A stretch of DNA of 64,000 nt, from contig MU006115.1 of the NCBI GenBank assembly GCA_010093705.1, positions 1 to 64,000 on the forward strand, given 5' to 3'. The translations under genes and the position numbers were made by a program. The notes under the pieces were generated by a model. The model was not told where the DNA came from and searched no databases. It saw only the letters and a list, made by a program, of their open reading frames with translations. The DNA is from Patellaria atrata CBS 101060 (lineage: Eukaryota). Of this stretch, positions 63,983 to 64,000 are shown piece by piece. The number at the start of each line of letters is the position of its first letter. The stretch's first letter is position 1.

Positions 63983-64000
63983 AGAATGTAGCCTGCAAAA

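Overview
Nuclear DNA of a filamentous ascomycete (Pezizomycotina), inferred from short GT-AG introns with CTRAY branch points and from the gene set. About 19 intact protein genes are supported: MFS sugar transporter (3' part), DUF4451/Rua1-like regulator, GST, DUF1772-like membrane protein, DBP8, cell-wall-integrity MAPKK, glutaredoxin, LMBR1-like, a conserved fungal protein, GID4/Vid24-like, MED10, PXA-domain protein, CENP-B-like HTH protein, RBG1, THI4, IBR/RING protein, TPR-DnaJ, DUF4291 and SEN15. There is also a clear TPP riboswitch in the THI4 5' intron. Less ordinary signals: (1) a spliced, apparently non-coding locus at ~37.0-37.9 kb whose introns carry hairpin+ACA elements, next to a separate structured element with Pol III-like boxes; (2) a ~1.66 kb, heavily self-complementary intron in the PXA gene; (3) an in-frame CUG-initiated presequence-like extension on the glutaredoxin; (4) an MGCxxS upstream ORF one base out of frame with the IBR protein; (5) a tandem pair of orphan paralogs, one frameshifted; (6) several decaying genes, including a clearly pseudogenised CCCH zinc-finger gene. 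All calls were made by eye, with no database searches or folding programs.
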